Shown: in pieces, positions 20,756 through 30,493 of the stretch
How the letters are laid out: the number at the start of each line of letters is the position of its first letter
Numbering within the stretch: position 1 is the first letter of the stretch
Assembly (NCBI GenBank): GCA_049517335.1
Contig: JBEKSD010000011.1
Span: 9,893-73,892, forward strand
DNA length: 64,000 bases
From: Candidatus Omnitrophota bacterium
Lineage (GTDB): Bacteria > Omnitrophota > Gorgyraeia > Gygaellales > Profunditerraquicolaceae
Direction: 5' to 3'
Program-made: the position numbers and the translations under genes
Notes under the pieces: model-generated
What the model was told of the DNA's origin: nothing
What the model saw: only the letters and a program-made list of their open reading frames with translations
Databases searched by the model: none

Positions 20756-20846
20756 TTCGGCAACTGACTGCCTTATTCCGAATCTTACCGGAAGTTAGGC
20801 TCTATAGCTTTGCGCCCCATTCTTTCGAATGGTTTGCTATTATCGA
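20756..20846 (-). ncRNA. c-di-GMP-I (GEMM-I) riboswitch, A20-type variant
   Basis: Minus strand CGATAATAGCAAACCATTCGAAAGAATGGGGCGCAAAGCTATAGAGCCTAA...AAGGCAGTCAGTTGCCGAA matches the GEMM-I consensus (GAAA tetraloop, GCAAAGC, CCTAA receptor). Confidence 0.9.
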
Positions 20847-20893
20847 CTTAAACTTTTATTCTGACCTATTTCTACTTAAAGTATACCATAAAA

Positions 20894-20930
20894 TGTGCGA
20901 AATAACAACGTCATGTAGCAAAACCGCACA
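20894..20930. promoter_or_regulatory. Second operator pair (TGTGCG.../TGTAGCAAAACCGCACA)
   Basis: Same motif as 19937-20027, in the divergent promoter region. Confidence 0.6.
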
Positions 20931-20980
20931 TTGTTTAATATGCCGCAAAATAAGCGGTTAGGAGAGGCTTAAGCAAATAA

Positions 20981-21163
20981 ATGGATAGACTGCACGAATA
21001 TATGCTTTCTTTGGTTAAGGAGCGATTCTTTGGCACCGTTAAGATAACGTTTGAAAACGGTCTTCCGATTGCCATGAAGGAGGAAAAATCTATTGATACC
21101 GCGCCTTTTAGAGAAGATATCAAAGAAGGCGTAAAGAAGGGATCCGTTGAAAGGGATAAGTAG
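20981..21163 (+). CDS. Small DUF2292/YezD-like protein
   Basis: FFGTVKITFENG...EEKSI pattern. Confidence 0.55.
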   Translation: MDRLHEYMLSLVKERFFGTVKITFENGLPIAMKEEKSIDTAPFREDIKEGVKKGSVERDK

Positions 21164-21263
21164 AGCTATTCTAGGAAAAAACTTGACAAGCCGGTTTTAT
21201 AGTGTATATTAATAATTGACAATTTGGTTTAAGAATTAAAACAGTCCTATTGGAAGAACCAGG

Positions 21264-21310
21264 GGGCTGGTGTTTCTGAGGAAACTCTCAGGAATGCCAG
21301 CCCTTTTTTT
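21264..21310 (+). terminator. Terminator/attenuator in the leader of the rep gene
   Basis: GGGCTGGTGTTTCTGAG-loop-CTCAGGAATGCCAGCCC followed by T7; promoter TTGACA..TATATT at 21183-21210. Confidence 0.75.
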
Positions 21311-21321
21311 ATTGCCTTTTT

Positions 21322-21684
21322 ATGACACAGACTATTTTTCAGATTACTGGTGGTTATACAAAGATTCCCAACAGCATATTACGGGCAATCTACAGGTCAC
21401 CCTTTAATGGCACCGAGATCCGGGTTATTCTTTTTGTAATCAGAATGACCAGCGGCTGGCATAAGGAAAATAAGCTCCTTAGTTACGGCTACATCGCGAA
21501 AGAAGCAAACCTTGATAAACGTAATGTCAGAAGGGCAATCAACATACTTATCCAGTCCAAGGTTATTATAAAAAGTAAAGACGGCCGTAAAAACAAACTC
21601 GCTATAAATCACAATTATACAACCTGGCAGTTATGCACAGGTTGTAATATCGAAGGGGCTAAATTACCCCTACATAAGGGGTGA
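21322..21684 (+). CDS. Phage lambda O-like replication initiator (N-terminal domain, short)
   Basis: GYTKIPNSIL...RMTSGWHK motif plus winged HTH; iterons at its 3' end. Confidence 0.75.
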   Translation: MTQTIFQITGGYTKIPNSILRAIYRSPFNGTEIRVILFVIRMTSGWHKENKLLSYGYIAKEANLDKRNVRRAINILIQSKVIIKSKDGRKNKLAINHNYTTWQLCTGCNIEGAKLPLHKG

Positions 21685-21785
21685 ATTAGCCCCTATTTTT
21701 GGGGGCCAACTAACCCCTGTAAAGAATTAAAGAAATAATTAAAGAAATAGTAGTAAAGAAATGTGGCTGTGAATTCTGTGGATAA
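21631..21785. repeat. Putative replication origin: three 18-bp hyphenated-palindromic iterons, A-rich tract, two DnaA boxes
   Basis: AGGGGCTAAATTACCCCT (21654), AGGGGTGAATTAGCCCCT (21677), GGGGGCCAACTAACCCCT (21701); TTATGCACA (21631); TGTGGATAA (21777). Confidence 0.7.
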
Positions 21786-21827
21786 GTCCAAAATCTGTTT
21801 TTTAAGAATTACATTGTAAGACTAAAT

Positions 21828-22091
21828 TTGTTAAGAGGAAATCTTAAAATGGATTCGCATAAAATAAAGCAGAAAAAACGTGCTGGGAAAGTGATTCGAG
21901 CTTTTAAGGTCGAAATCTGTGATGCTAGCTCTAATCCTGAGCTGTATGCTAATCCAAGCAATCCCTACGCTCAATTGTCAGATGAGGAGAGGCTGAAAGA
22001 TTTTGTTGAGGTTTTTGGTTTGCTTTGGGGAGAGTCATGCCGGGAAACCAGTAAAGACGTCTATGGAAATAAAAAAGATTGCAATAAGTAA
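21828..22091 (+). CDS. Hypothetical protein upstream of the recombinase (directionality factor candidate)
   Basis: ORF and position only. Confidence 0.45.
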   Translation: MLRGNLKMDSHKIKQKKRAGKVIRAFKVEICDASSNPELYANPSNPYAQLSDEERLKDFVEVFGLLWGESCRETSKDVYGNKKDCNK

Positions 22092-22132
22092 TATTAGTGA
22101 TATAGTATTACCCATACGAAAGTAGAGGGTAT

Positions 22133-23989
22133 ATGGATAATAAAGTTTCTTGGAAAAAAGTCACAACCGTTTATAGTTTTAAGGATTCAAAGACTGTCCG
22201 CGTTTTTGGTGTCGTCCGCGTATCGACAGATAAGCAGGCGCAGAAAATAGGCGAATCATTAGATCATCAGAAAGAAGTCCTTAAAAATTGGGTGAGGTCT
22301 AAATCAAGCCTGCACGCTCCCCAAGAATGGGGGCTTGTTGATATTTTTGTAGAAAATGAGGGTCCGGACGGCCAGAGAAAAGGACGGACTGCAACAAAGC
22401 GGGAAGGAAGAAGGGGATTAGCCAAAGCTCTTGAGCTTGCTAAATTAAAGCTTATTGACGTCGTTGTTGTAACAAAGCTGGATCGGATAGCTAGGAATGT
22501 AAGAGATTACATAGACATATCAGCAGAATTCAATGAGAGCGGCGTGGCGCTTGTCTGTTTAGATCTTGACATTGATACTTCAACGCCTGATGGACAGATG
22601 ATAATGCGTAATCACGCTAATCTTGCTCAATGGCAAGCGGAACGAATAGGGCAATATAGCATAGAAACCGTCCTAAGGCATCTTAACCAAGGGCGCCCGA
22701 TAGGTCCACCACCCATCGGTTACCGGATAAGCAAAGACTCTAATGGCAAGACTACTTATGAACCAGATCCTGCTTATAGGAAGCACGTTGAATTTATTGA
22801 TCAACTATATTTGAGAGTGAAAAGTGTTGGAAAAGTTGTCGATATCTTACACCAAAAGGGATATAAATCTAAGCGTAACAAGACGTATTCAAAGCCTATG
22901 GTATCTCGTATTCTCCAGAATATCCGCTATATTGCAAAGCAAGAACATGATGGAAAAATTTATGCCGGGAATTGGGAACCATTAAGAAGTGAAGACGTTT
23001 ATAAAACGATTCAGGCTACTTTCAAGAGAAATAGGCTGAGTAATCACAGTCCAAATAGCTCAAATCATCACTACGTCTACCTTGCTAAAAGCCTACTTAA
23101 ATGCAGCAGTTGCGGTTCAACCATGATCACAAGACCAGCTACCGGTAGAGGCGGGAAATATTATCCCTATTATATGTGTATGAAAGCATTTAAGACTAAT
23201 GGCATTGATTGCGAAGAAACCAATTATTTAGCATCAGAAGCTGTGGACGATGCGATTATTGAGATTTTACGGCATTTACATTTAAATCCTGATAATGTTG
23301 CTGAGATTATAAAAAAAGCTAACCAGGCGACTGCATCAACGATAGGGATTTTGGAGGATGATTTGGATAGGGTCCAAGCAAGCTTAAAAGATGTCCGCAC
23401 CAAAATTGCCAATTTAGTCGAGATACTCTCAGATAAGGGAATGGCAGGGATTGATGCAGTTAAGGAAAGGCTGGGAACCCTAAATCAAGACGAATCAGAG
23501 CTTGTCCTTGAAGAAAACAGACTGAAGTCAGAAGTTCAGGCAGAGAAGGTACAGGCTGGGACAGCTCATGAGTATATCAAGACATTACAGTTATTTGAAG
23601 ATTACTATGTGATGAATCAAAATAATAGGGAGCGTCTCCAGGCAATTCTTCCTAGAATAGTTAATTCAGTTATCTGTGAAATTAATGACAGGAAAAAGGG
23701 TATGGGCAAACTTAAGATTGGCTTATTCGGACGGCCTTTTAATAGAGGTCAGAACGCTGAGATATGGAATAAAACATTACAAAAAATAGCCGATGAGTGT
23801 TATAATAATAAAGTTTTTGAAGAAGCTAATGGTAAGTTCGGAACAAAAGCTTATAAAGAGAGAAATCCTTCTTCAGGCGCAGGAGTTCTCGTTAATTCAG
23901 ATAAACGGTATTATAATGTTTGTGGTTCGCAGAGGGTAACTTCTGTGACCCCAGTATCTCCTATCTCTATGTGGCACAATGAGTTATAA
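22133..23989 (+). CDS. Large serine recombinase (resolvase catalytic domain + recombinase domain + Zn ribbon + coiled coil)
   Basis: VRVST catalytic Ser, KLDRIAR, PPIGY, LLKCSSCGSTM...YYMC...C. Confidence 0.93.
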   Translation: MDNKVSWKKVTTVYSFKDSKTVRVFGVVRVSTDKQAQKIGESLDHQKEVLKNWVRSKSSLHAPQEWGLVDIFVENEGPDGQRKGRTATKREGRRGLAKALELAKLKLIDVVVVTKLDRIARNVRDYIDISAEFNESGVALVCLDLDIDTSTPDGQMIMRNHANLAQWQAERIGQYSIETVLRHLNQGRPIGPPPIGYRISKDSNGKTTYEPDPAYRKHVEFIDQLYLRVKSVGKVVDILHQKGYKSKRNKTYSKPMVSRILQNIRYIAKQEHDGKIYAGNWEPLRSEDVYKTIQATFKRNRLSNHSPNSSNHHYVYLAKSLLKCSSCGSTMITRPATGRGGKYYPYYMCMKAFKTNGIDCEETNYLASEAVDDAIIEILRHLHLNPDNVAEIIKKANQATASTIGILEDDLDRVQASLKDVRTKIANLVEILSDKGMAGIDAVKERLGTLNQDESELVLEENRLKSEVQAEKVQAGTAHEYIKTLQLFEDYYVMNQNNRERLQAILPRIVNSVICEINDRKKGMGKLKIGLFGRPFNRGQNAEIWNKTLQKIADECYNNKVFEEANGKFGTKAYKERNPSSGAGVLVNSDKRYYNVCGSQRVTSVTPVSPISMWHNEL

Positions 23990-24053
23990 TAAGTATCCGA
24001 CGGAGAAATCTGTCGGAGATTTTTTATGTAGCGATGTCCCTAGGAGTTAGGGC
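23947..24053 (+). repeat. LSR-end copy of the repeat right half (GACCCCAGTA core, terminator, tail)
   Basis: GACCCCAGTA at 23947-23956; hairpin TCCGACGGA-GAAA-TCTGTCGGA with T run; tail tttttatgtagcgatgtccctaggagttagggc is nearly identical to 33808-33840 and 36599-36630. Confidence 0.75.
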
Positions 24054-24260
24054 GTTATTTCCGTCGGAGAATTTCGCAATATTTTAAAACAAGATCTCCG
24101 TCGGAGGAGACAGGAATATTAAGTGCCAATTTTAAAAAAATAGCGCAATTCCTCTCGTAGTTTATGGGCGCTAGTTTATGGCTATTTCGCGATATTGCCG
24201 AATATTGGCACATCTAAATATGCCATAAACTAGGGAATAGGCCAGTTTTTCGAGGATAAA

Positions 24261-24313
24261 CTAGAGAGGTTTCCTGCCGCGCAATATTTATGGGCGTCCT
24301 CACGGGAGTTACC
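24261..24313 (+). repeat. Type-B repeat copy 1 (shares the GAGAGGTTTCC left half)
   Basis: ctagagaggtttcctgccgcgcaatatttatgggcgtcctcacggg; related to 35419-35462 and 59998-60028. Confidence 0.6.
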
Positions 24314-24433
24314 TTTAACTTGATAGAGTTAATAATCTTGACAAGCGTTTTTTTGATACTATAATTATTCATCATACTAATATTCAGATATAAAAATATA
24401 TATGAAAAAATATAATTTTTTAGGAAGAACCCC

Positions 24434-24757
24434 ATGAATAAGGCGAACAGTTTAATTGAGCGGATCAAGGTTGGGCTGGTGATTGGGCTATTGGCGGCCT
24501 TGACCGGATGTGCGGGGTACTGGACTGAAGGTTATTACGGAGACACGATGATGGTATCGGGTCCGGAACCTGATATGTTTCTTTTCGGAGGCGACTATTA
24601 CGGGAGGGGCGATGCGCATAATTATAGCCATCGTGGATCTGAAAGTCGCAGGGTAGCGCATCCCAGTAGTAGACAAAATCATGGAGTAGTGCATTCCAGT
24701 ACTGTACAAAGTCACGGAACGGCGCATCCTAGTGGCGAGCAAAGGGGAAAGCGATGA
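24434..24757 (+). CDS. Hypothetical lipoprotein
   Basis: Lipobox LTGC; low-complexity tail. Confidence 0.65.
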   Translation: MNKANSLIERIKVGLVIGLLAALTGCAGYWTEGYYGDTMMVSGPEPDMFLFGGDYYGRGDAHNYSHRGSESRRVAHPSSRQNHGVVHSSTVQSHGTAHPSGEQRGKR

Positions 24758-25782
24758 AGTACACATTGGATAAAAACAAACCCAATGAACTTATGAAATT
24801 TTTTAAACAACTTACATGTTTTGTCAGTTTTTTAACAATCGCATTATTGGTAAGTGTCTGGAGTATTTTGTTAGTTGATCTTCATGCGGCAGAACCTAAC
24901 CAAGCGCAACAGAAACCAGTAGTTGTACAACGGTTGTTTACTTCTCCAGATGAGGCTATAAAAGCTTTACAGGCGGCTACCCAAGCTAAAGATAAAACGG
25001 CCCTAAATGAAATTTTCGGCCCGGAGGTCCAAGAACTTTTAACCGGTGACGAAGTACAGGATACGAACAATTCGCAGAGGTTCGCTACCGCCATGGCGCA
25101 GGGCTGTACGCCTGTGAAAGAGGGAGAGGACAAAATCACTCTTGAGGTTGGCAAGAATAACTGGCCTATGCCGATTCCACTGGTGAAAGCTAACGGGCAA
25201 TGGCATTTCGATACTGCGGCAGGCAAAGAGGAGATCATCAGCCGTCATATCGGCAAGGACGAATGCCACGCCATCGGTGTTTGCCGGGCTTACGTGTTAG
25301 CGCAACGTCAGTATACAAGCATGAACCAGGGAGGAAAGAAGTACGCGCAAAAATTCAAGAGCACGCCTGGGGAAAAGGATGGTCTCTATTGGCCGTCTGC
25401 TGAGAACGAACCGACTAGCCCATTCGGGCCTTTGGTGGCAGAAGCCCATGCTGAAGGTTATGCCAAAAATAAGGTCATGCCGCATCCGTTTCATGGTTAT
25501 TATTTCAGAATTTTGACCCGGCAAGGCAAGGCTGCGTCTGGCGGAAAAATGGATTACATGAGCCACGGCAACCTGACGAAAGGATTTGCGCTGGTGGCTT
25601 ACCCGGCGCATTGGGACTACTCAGGCATCATGACATTTATCGTCAATCAGGACGGCAAAGTTTTTCAGCGAAATCTCGGCGAAAATACTTCTCAGGTTGC
25701 TAGGACAATAAAGGAATACAATCCGGACAGCGAATGGGCGTTAGTGTCAGATGAGGGGGTATGCGCAGTATCCGAAAGATGA
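24754..25782 (+). CDS. DUF2950 family protein
   Basis: WPMPIPLVK...W.FD..AG.EEI..R.IG; DGLYWP; PFHGYYFRIL; GFALVAYPA. Confidence 0.85.
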   Translation: MKYTLDKNKPNELMKFFKQLTCFVSFLTIALLVSVWSILLVDLHAAEPNQAQQKPVVVQRLFTSPDEAIKALQAATQAKDKTALNEIFGPEVQELLTGDEVQDTNNSQRFATAMAQGCTPVKEGEDKITLEVGKNNWPMPIPLVKANGQWHFDTAAGKEEIISRHIGKDECHAIGVCRAYVLAQRQYTSMNQGGKKYAQKFKSTPGEKDGLYWPSAENEPTSPFGPLVAEAHAEGYAKNKVMPHPFHGYYFRILTRQGKAASGGKMDYMSHGNLTKGFALVAYPAHWDYSGIMTFIVNQDGKVFQRNLGENTSQVARTIKEYNPDSEWALVSDEGVCAVSER

Positions 25783-25959
25783 TGTTGCAGCCGCTTGTTA
25801 AAATCCAGCCAATACAAAAATCTAAACCTAATTTCTAATAATATCTTGTAATCACTTTGAGATTTTTCTTGTAGCAAAAACAATTCTCTGATATCTGATT
25901 GTCTTGAATTGAAGAACGATCTAAGATACAATTATATTTAGAATTTGCACAGGAAGGTC

Positions 25960-26705
25960 ATGACGGTTATGACATCTCAAGGGAACAAAAAAATACATAT
26001 TTTATTTTACATTTTTTCTTTAATAGGATTTATTACTGCTATATTAGTTTATTCAGAAAAATCTCTGCCCCTACTTTATTTTCTTTGGAGACAGCCGTTT
26101 TTAATCTTCATCCGTATTTTCTGCATAGCCTTATTTTGTTTTTTTTTAAGCTCCTTAATCGCAAAGTCCTATCCTGGGGTTGGCTAAAATGGCTCGGGGG
26201 TATTATCTTTCTTCCAGTCCTGATTTTGCCGGCTATGCGGTGTTGTTTCAAGGTTCCCTATGTCTTCTGTCGCGTATGCCCAGATAAATGCCCTTGGGGA
26301 TTATCGAGAACCTTATTTTTTACCTCCTTTGTTTCGCTTAACCTTTCAGGAAGATTCTGGTGCACAGCCGTATGCCCTGTAGGCACTTTTCAGGAATGCC
26401 AGGCCCAGCTTTCAAAAAAACACCTAAAACTTTTTTCATGGCTATACGGCCTGCCTTATCTTATTTTGTTCTTGGTCATAGGGATGTATTTTTTAACCTT
26501 TTTCGCATCGCCTTGGGTGGGATTCTTTGAACATGGAGAATATGTTTGGGTTGCTGTAACAGCATCTATCGCTATTTTAATTATAGCAGCAGCGTTTTTT
26601 ATCACAAGGTTTTGGTGCCGATATTTCTGTCCTGTAGGCACTATCGCAGAGTTAAGCTTTAGGCTTAAGCGTTTGTTAAAGATAGGTAAATCAAAAACAA
26701 TCTAA
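25960..26705 (+). pseudogene. 4Fe-4S binding membrane protein (polyferredoxin/NapH-like), frameshifted in a T9 run
   Basis: FWCTAVCPVGTFQ and RFWCRYFCPVG motifs; the two overlapping ORFs join if the T run at 26139-26147 were T10. Confidence 0.7.
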
Positions 26706-26719
26706 AAAAGGAGAAAACT

Positions 26720-27376
26720 ATGGCTAGGAAACTATTTTTAACCGCGTGTTTGCTATTGATAAGCTTATTCATTTCTACTGAGGCAATCCATGCCCAAGAC
26801 ACAGCCTCCATCAAGTTATTAACTCCACAAATGCAAGGCGGTAAACCATTGATGCAGGCATTGAGGGATAGAAAAACTCAGCGCGCTTTTAGCCCTAAGG
26901 ATTTGCCTTTACAGGTACTTTCAGACATGCTCTGGGCTGCAAACGGCATAAACCGCCCAGAATCAGGCCACCGTACCGCCCCTTCTGCCATGAATATGCA
27001 GGAAATTGATATTTATGTAGCAAGAGCCGATGGTTTATATCTGTATGACGCTAAAGAGAATGTATTGAGGCAGATCCTGAAAGAAGACTTAAGGGCCTTA
27101 ACCGGCAAACAGGTATTCGTCAAAGACGCTCCCGTAAACCTTATCTTTGTGGCGGATTTTTTCAAGATGGGTAAAACCACAGGCAATACTACAGACTTCT
27201 ATGCAGCTACCGATACAGGCTTTGTCAGTGAGAATGTCTATCTATTTTGCGCATCAGAAGGCCTGGCTACAGTTGTGCGCGGCTTGGTGGATAAGCCGGC
27301 TTTGGCTAAAGCGATGAGATTAAGGCCTGATCAGAAGATAATTCTTACGCAAACAGTAGGGTATCCGAGAGATTAG
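26720..27376 (+). CDS. Nitroreductase family (SagB-like) protein with signal peptide
   Basis: LWAANGINR...RTAPSAMN; ENVYLFCASEGL. Confidence 0.85.
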   Translation: MARKLFLTACLLLISLFISTEAIHAQDTASIKLLTPQMQGGKPLMQALRDRKTQRAFSPKDLPLQVLSDMLWAANGINRPESGHRTAPSAMNMQEIDIYVARADGLYLYDAKENVLRQILKEDLRALTGKQVFVKDAPVNLIFVADFFKMGKTTGNTTDFYAATDTGFVSENVYLFCASEGLATVVRGLVDKPALAKAMRLRPDQKIILTQTVGYPRD

Positions 27377-27394
27377 AAATCCGGATATTTCTTA

Positions 27395-28051
27395 ATGAAT
27401 GAGAAAATTAAGATTATAGAACTGGATTTTGTTAACGCCTTTTTGATTAAGGCAAAAGATGACTTTGTTTTGATTGATACGGGGATGCCTTATCACTGGA
27501 AAAGATTGGAGGCGAAATTAATAGATGCGGGTTGCCTTCCTCCTAAATTGAAACTCGTCATTATAACTCATGGAGATCGTGATCATATAGGTAATTGTGC
27601 GAAATTACAGGAAAAATATAAAGCTAAGATAGCGATGCACGAAGCCGATGCCTTTATGGCAGAAGGTGGTGTGTTCCTGAAGCGTAAAGTAAGAACTTTA
27701 GCCGGCAGAATTCTTATTCTTCTTTCGAGATTGCGAAGACAAAAGATAAATTTACAGAAGTTTAAACCTGATATATTCCTGAAAGACGGACAGGGTTTAG
27801 AGGAGTACGGATTCAATGCAAAAATCATTCATTCGCCAGGTCATACAAAAGGCTCTATCGGGATTTTAACCGAAGAAGGTGATTTGTTTGCCGGAGATAC
27901 ATTGGTTAACTCAAAAAAGCCCGATATTGCAATATTTGTTGATAATTTTCAGGAGCTTAAGAATAGTATTGAAAAACTGAAGAAGTTGGAGATTAAAAAG
28001 GTTTATCCTGGTCACGGAAAAATATTTTTATTCTCTGATTTAAAGATATAA
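27395..28051 (+). CDS. Metallo-beta-lactamase-fold hydrolase
   Basis: THGDRDH, PGHT, GD and PGHG motifs. Confidence 0.9.
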   Translation: MNEKIKIIELDFVNAFLIKAKDDFVLIDTGMPYHWKRLEAKLIDAGCLPPKLKLVIITHGDRDHIGNCAKLQEKYKAKIAMHEADAFMAEGGVFLKRKVRTLAGRILILLSRLRRQKINLQKFKPDIFLKDGQGLEEYGFNAKIIHSPGHTKGSIGILTEEGDLFAGDTLVNSKKPDIAIFVDNFQELKNSIEKLKKLEIKKVYPGHGKIFLFSDLKI

Positions 28052-28085
28052 GTGAGATAGCGGGGAATACAGGAGGTATATTCTA

Positions 28086-28730
28086 ATGAAAATTATGGCA
28101 TTTAATGGCAGCCCGAGAAAAGAATGGAATACGGCAACGCTACTTAAAAAAGCCCTTGAAGGCGCATCGTCACAAGGAGCCAAAACCGAACTTATTCATC
28201 TGTATGATTTAAAGTATAAAGGATGTATTAGTTGTTTTGCCTGCAAAGAAAAAGGAGGTAAGAGCTATGGTAGGTGCGTGGTGAGAGACGATCTAAAGCC
28301 GATTTTTAAGAAAATTGAAACAGCCGATGCTTTCATATTTGGTTCGCCGATATACCTGGGGAATATTACCGGAGAGATGCAATCATTTCTGGAACGATTA
28401 GTATTTCCTTATCTAACTTATACCGATCCACCGGAGTCACTTTTCCCCAAAAATATCCCCGTGGGTTTTATTTATACCATGGGTCTTACCGAAGAGCTGA
28501 TGAATGAATTCGGTTATAACCAACGTTTCGCAGGTATAGACCGGTTTCTTGCTAGGATTTTCGGTTCAAGCGAGAAGCTTTTGTGTTTTGACACATATCA
28601 GTTTAAAGATTATTCTAAAGTGGTTGCGCCAAGATTTAACCCTGAAGAAAAATTAAAAAGACGCCAAGAAATATTCCCTAAGGATTGTCAGAAAGCCTTT
28701 GAAATGGGTGCCAGATTTGCCAAGAAATAG
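28086..28730 (+). CDS. Iron-sulfur flavoprotein / flavodoxin family
   Basis: NGSPRK, CISCFAC...C, GSPIY. Confidence 0.88.
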   Translation: MKIMAFNGSPRKEWNTATLLKKALEGASSQGAKTELIHLYDLKYKGCISCFACKEKGGKSYGRCVVRDDLKPIFKKIETADAFIFGSPIYLGNITGEMQSFLERLVFPYLTYTDPPESLFPKNIPVGFIYTMGLTEELMNEFGYNQRFAGIDRFLARIFGSSEKLLCFDTYQFKDYSKVVAPRFNPEEKLKRRQEIFPKDCQKAFEMGARFAKK

Positions 28731-28879
28731 AGAATTAAATGGAAAAAGGATTTGAAGCGATAAAGGAGCGGTACTTACACCGAACATTATACTACATGAT
28801 ATTTCATACTATTCATACATTACATACTTAGCTAAAAAACTGGATAACACTAAACAATTTTTGTTAGAAGAACTCACAT

Positions 28880-29683
28880 ATGAATGATAAAATAATCGAA
28901 GTCAAAAATTTGTCAAAACATTTCGGTCAAGTTTTAGCGGTCAAAGATATCTCATTTGAAGTTAAACGATCCGAAATCTTTGCCTTTTTGGGGCCGAATG
29001 GCGCAGGCAAAACGACAACAATTAAAATGTTCATTACTCTGCTTGCACCCACAAGCGGCGATGCAACCATTAACGGGTATAGCGTGATTCACCATCCAGC
29101 CGAAGTGCGCAGAGCCATCGGCTACGTACCTCAGATGATTTCCGTTGATGGAGCGCTTACAGTACAAGAAAACTTAATGCTTATGGCCCATCTTTATGAT
29201 GTTCCTCACAGGGAATGCAATAAGCGTATCAAAGAAATGCTCGTATTCCTTAAGTTGGAAAAATACGCCCGGTCACTCGTAAGGACACTTTCCGGAGGCA
29301 TGATCCGTAAGCTGGAAGTTGGGCAGGCCATGCTACATAATCCCCATCTGTTTTTTCTCGATGAGCCGACTACGGGGCTTGACCCTATAGCAAAACGCAG
29401 CATCTGGGAACACCTCGTAGATCTCCGCGATACCTTTGGCACAACGATTTTCTTTTCTACGCACAATATGGAAGAGGCAGAGGAGGCGTGTGATAGGGTT
29501 GCGATTATGAATGCCGGGGAAATTGTCGCTATCGGCTCAGTCTCGGAGCTAAAAGAAAAAACTAACAAAAAGGATGCTACGCTTGAAGACGCTTTTATGT
29601 TCTTCGCTGGAGATTCTCTTCAGTCGGGGGGTAATTTCCGCGATATAAAGCAGACAAGACAAACACATCACAGGTTAGGCTGA
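28880..29683 (+). CDS. ABC exporter ATP-binding subunit (DrrA-like)
   Basis: GPNGAGKTT, LSGGM, LDEPT. Confidence 0.93.
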   Translation: MNDKIIEVKNLSKHFGQVLAVKDISFEVKRSEIFAFLGPNGAGKTTTIKMFITLLAPTSGDATINGYSVIHHPAEVRRAIGYVPQMISVDGALTVQENLMLMAHLYDVPHRECNKRIKEMLVFLKLEKYARSLVRTLSGGMIRKLEVGQAMLHNPHLFFLDEPTTGLDPIAKRSIWEHLVDLRDTFGTTIFFSTHNMEEAEEACDRVAIMNAGEIVAIGSVSELKEKTNKKDATLEDAFMFFAGDSLQSGGNFRDIKQTRQTHHRLG

Positions 29684-29687
29684 AATT

Positions 29688-30464
29688 ATGCTGAACTATA
29701 TCTTGCAACTTATCATTAAAACATGGGTGATGGCTGAAATGGAGATAAGAAAACTCCTACATGACCCAACGGAGCTTATCACTCGAGCAATACAGCCTAT
29801 TTTATGGCTAGGTATTTTTGGAGAAGCAATGAGTAAAATCCGGGCGATACCGACCCAAGGGTTTACTTATTTACAATTTATCACCCCCGGCATCCTTACT
29901 CAATCAATAACGTTTGTTTCGATATTCTATGGTTTAGCAATCATTTGGGAACGCGATATGGGATTGCTGCAAAAAATCTTAGTTACTCCAACTCTACGCT
30001 TGGCGCTCGTATGGGGGAAAATGATTTCGGCTGGTATGCGTGGGTTAAGCCAGGCGATCATCATCTTTCTTTTTACCCTTATCCTGCAAATCCATCTTCG
30101 GATTACACTGTTCTCGATTCTTGGAGTGGTGATTATTACGATGCTTGGCGCTAGCTTTTTTACCGGGTTATCAATGATTATCGCCTCTATTGTGAAAACT
30201 CGCGAGCGATTCATGGGAATAGGGCAAATTATTACCCTGCCGCTATTTTTCGCCTCTAATGCAATATATCCTATTTCAATTATGCCTTCGTGGCTTCAAG
30301 TGGTTGCCAACATGAATCCTCTTAGCTATATGGTTGATGGTCTTCGTGCCCTGTTGGTTTCAGGAGATGTATCGCGGCTTCCTTTTGACATAGTTATTTT
30401 GATTATCGTTACATTTGCCATATCGTTTCTGAGCGCATATATGTATCCAAAGGTCGTTGTCTAA
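29688..30464 (+). CDS. ABC-2 type permease
   Basis: Six TM segments; NPLSYMVDGLR. Confidence 0.9.
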   Translation: MLNYILQLIIKTWVMAEMEIRKLLHDPTELITRAIQPILWLGIFGEAMSKIRAIPTQGFTYLQFITPGILTQSITFVSIFYGLAIIWERDMGLLQKILVTPTLRLALVWGKMISAGMRGLSQAIIIFLFTLILQIHLRITLFSILGVVIITMLGASFFTGLSMIIASIVKTRERFMGIGQIITLPLFFASNAIYPISIMPSWLQVVANMNPLSYMVDGLRALLVSGDVSRLPFDIVILIIVTFAISFLSAYMYPKVVV

Positions 30465-30493
30465 TGTTCTGATATGATTGAAAGGAGGGGATC

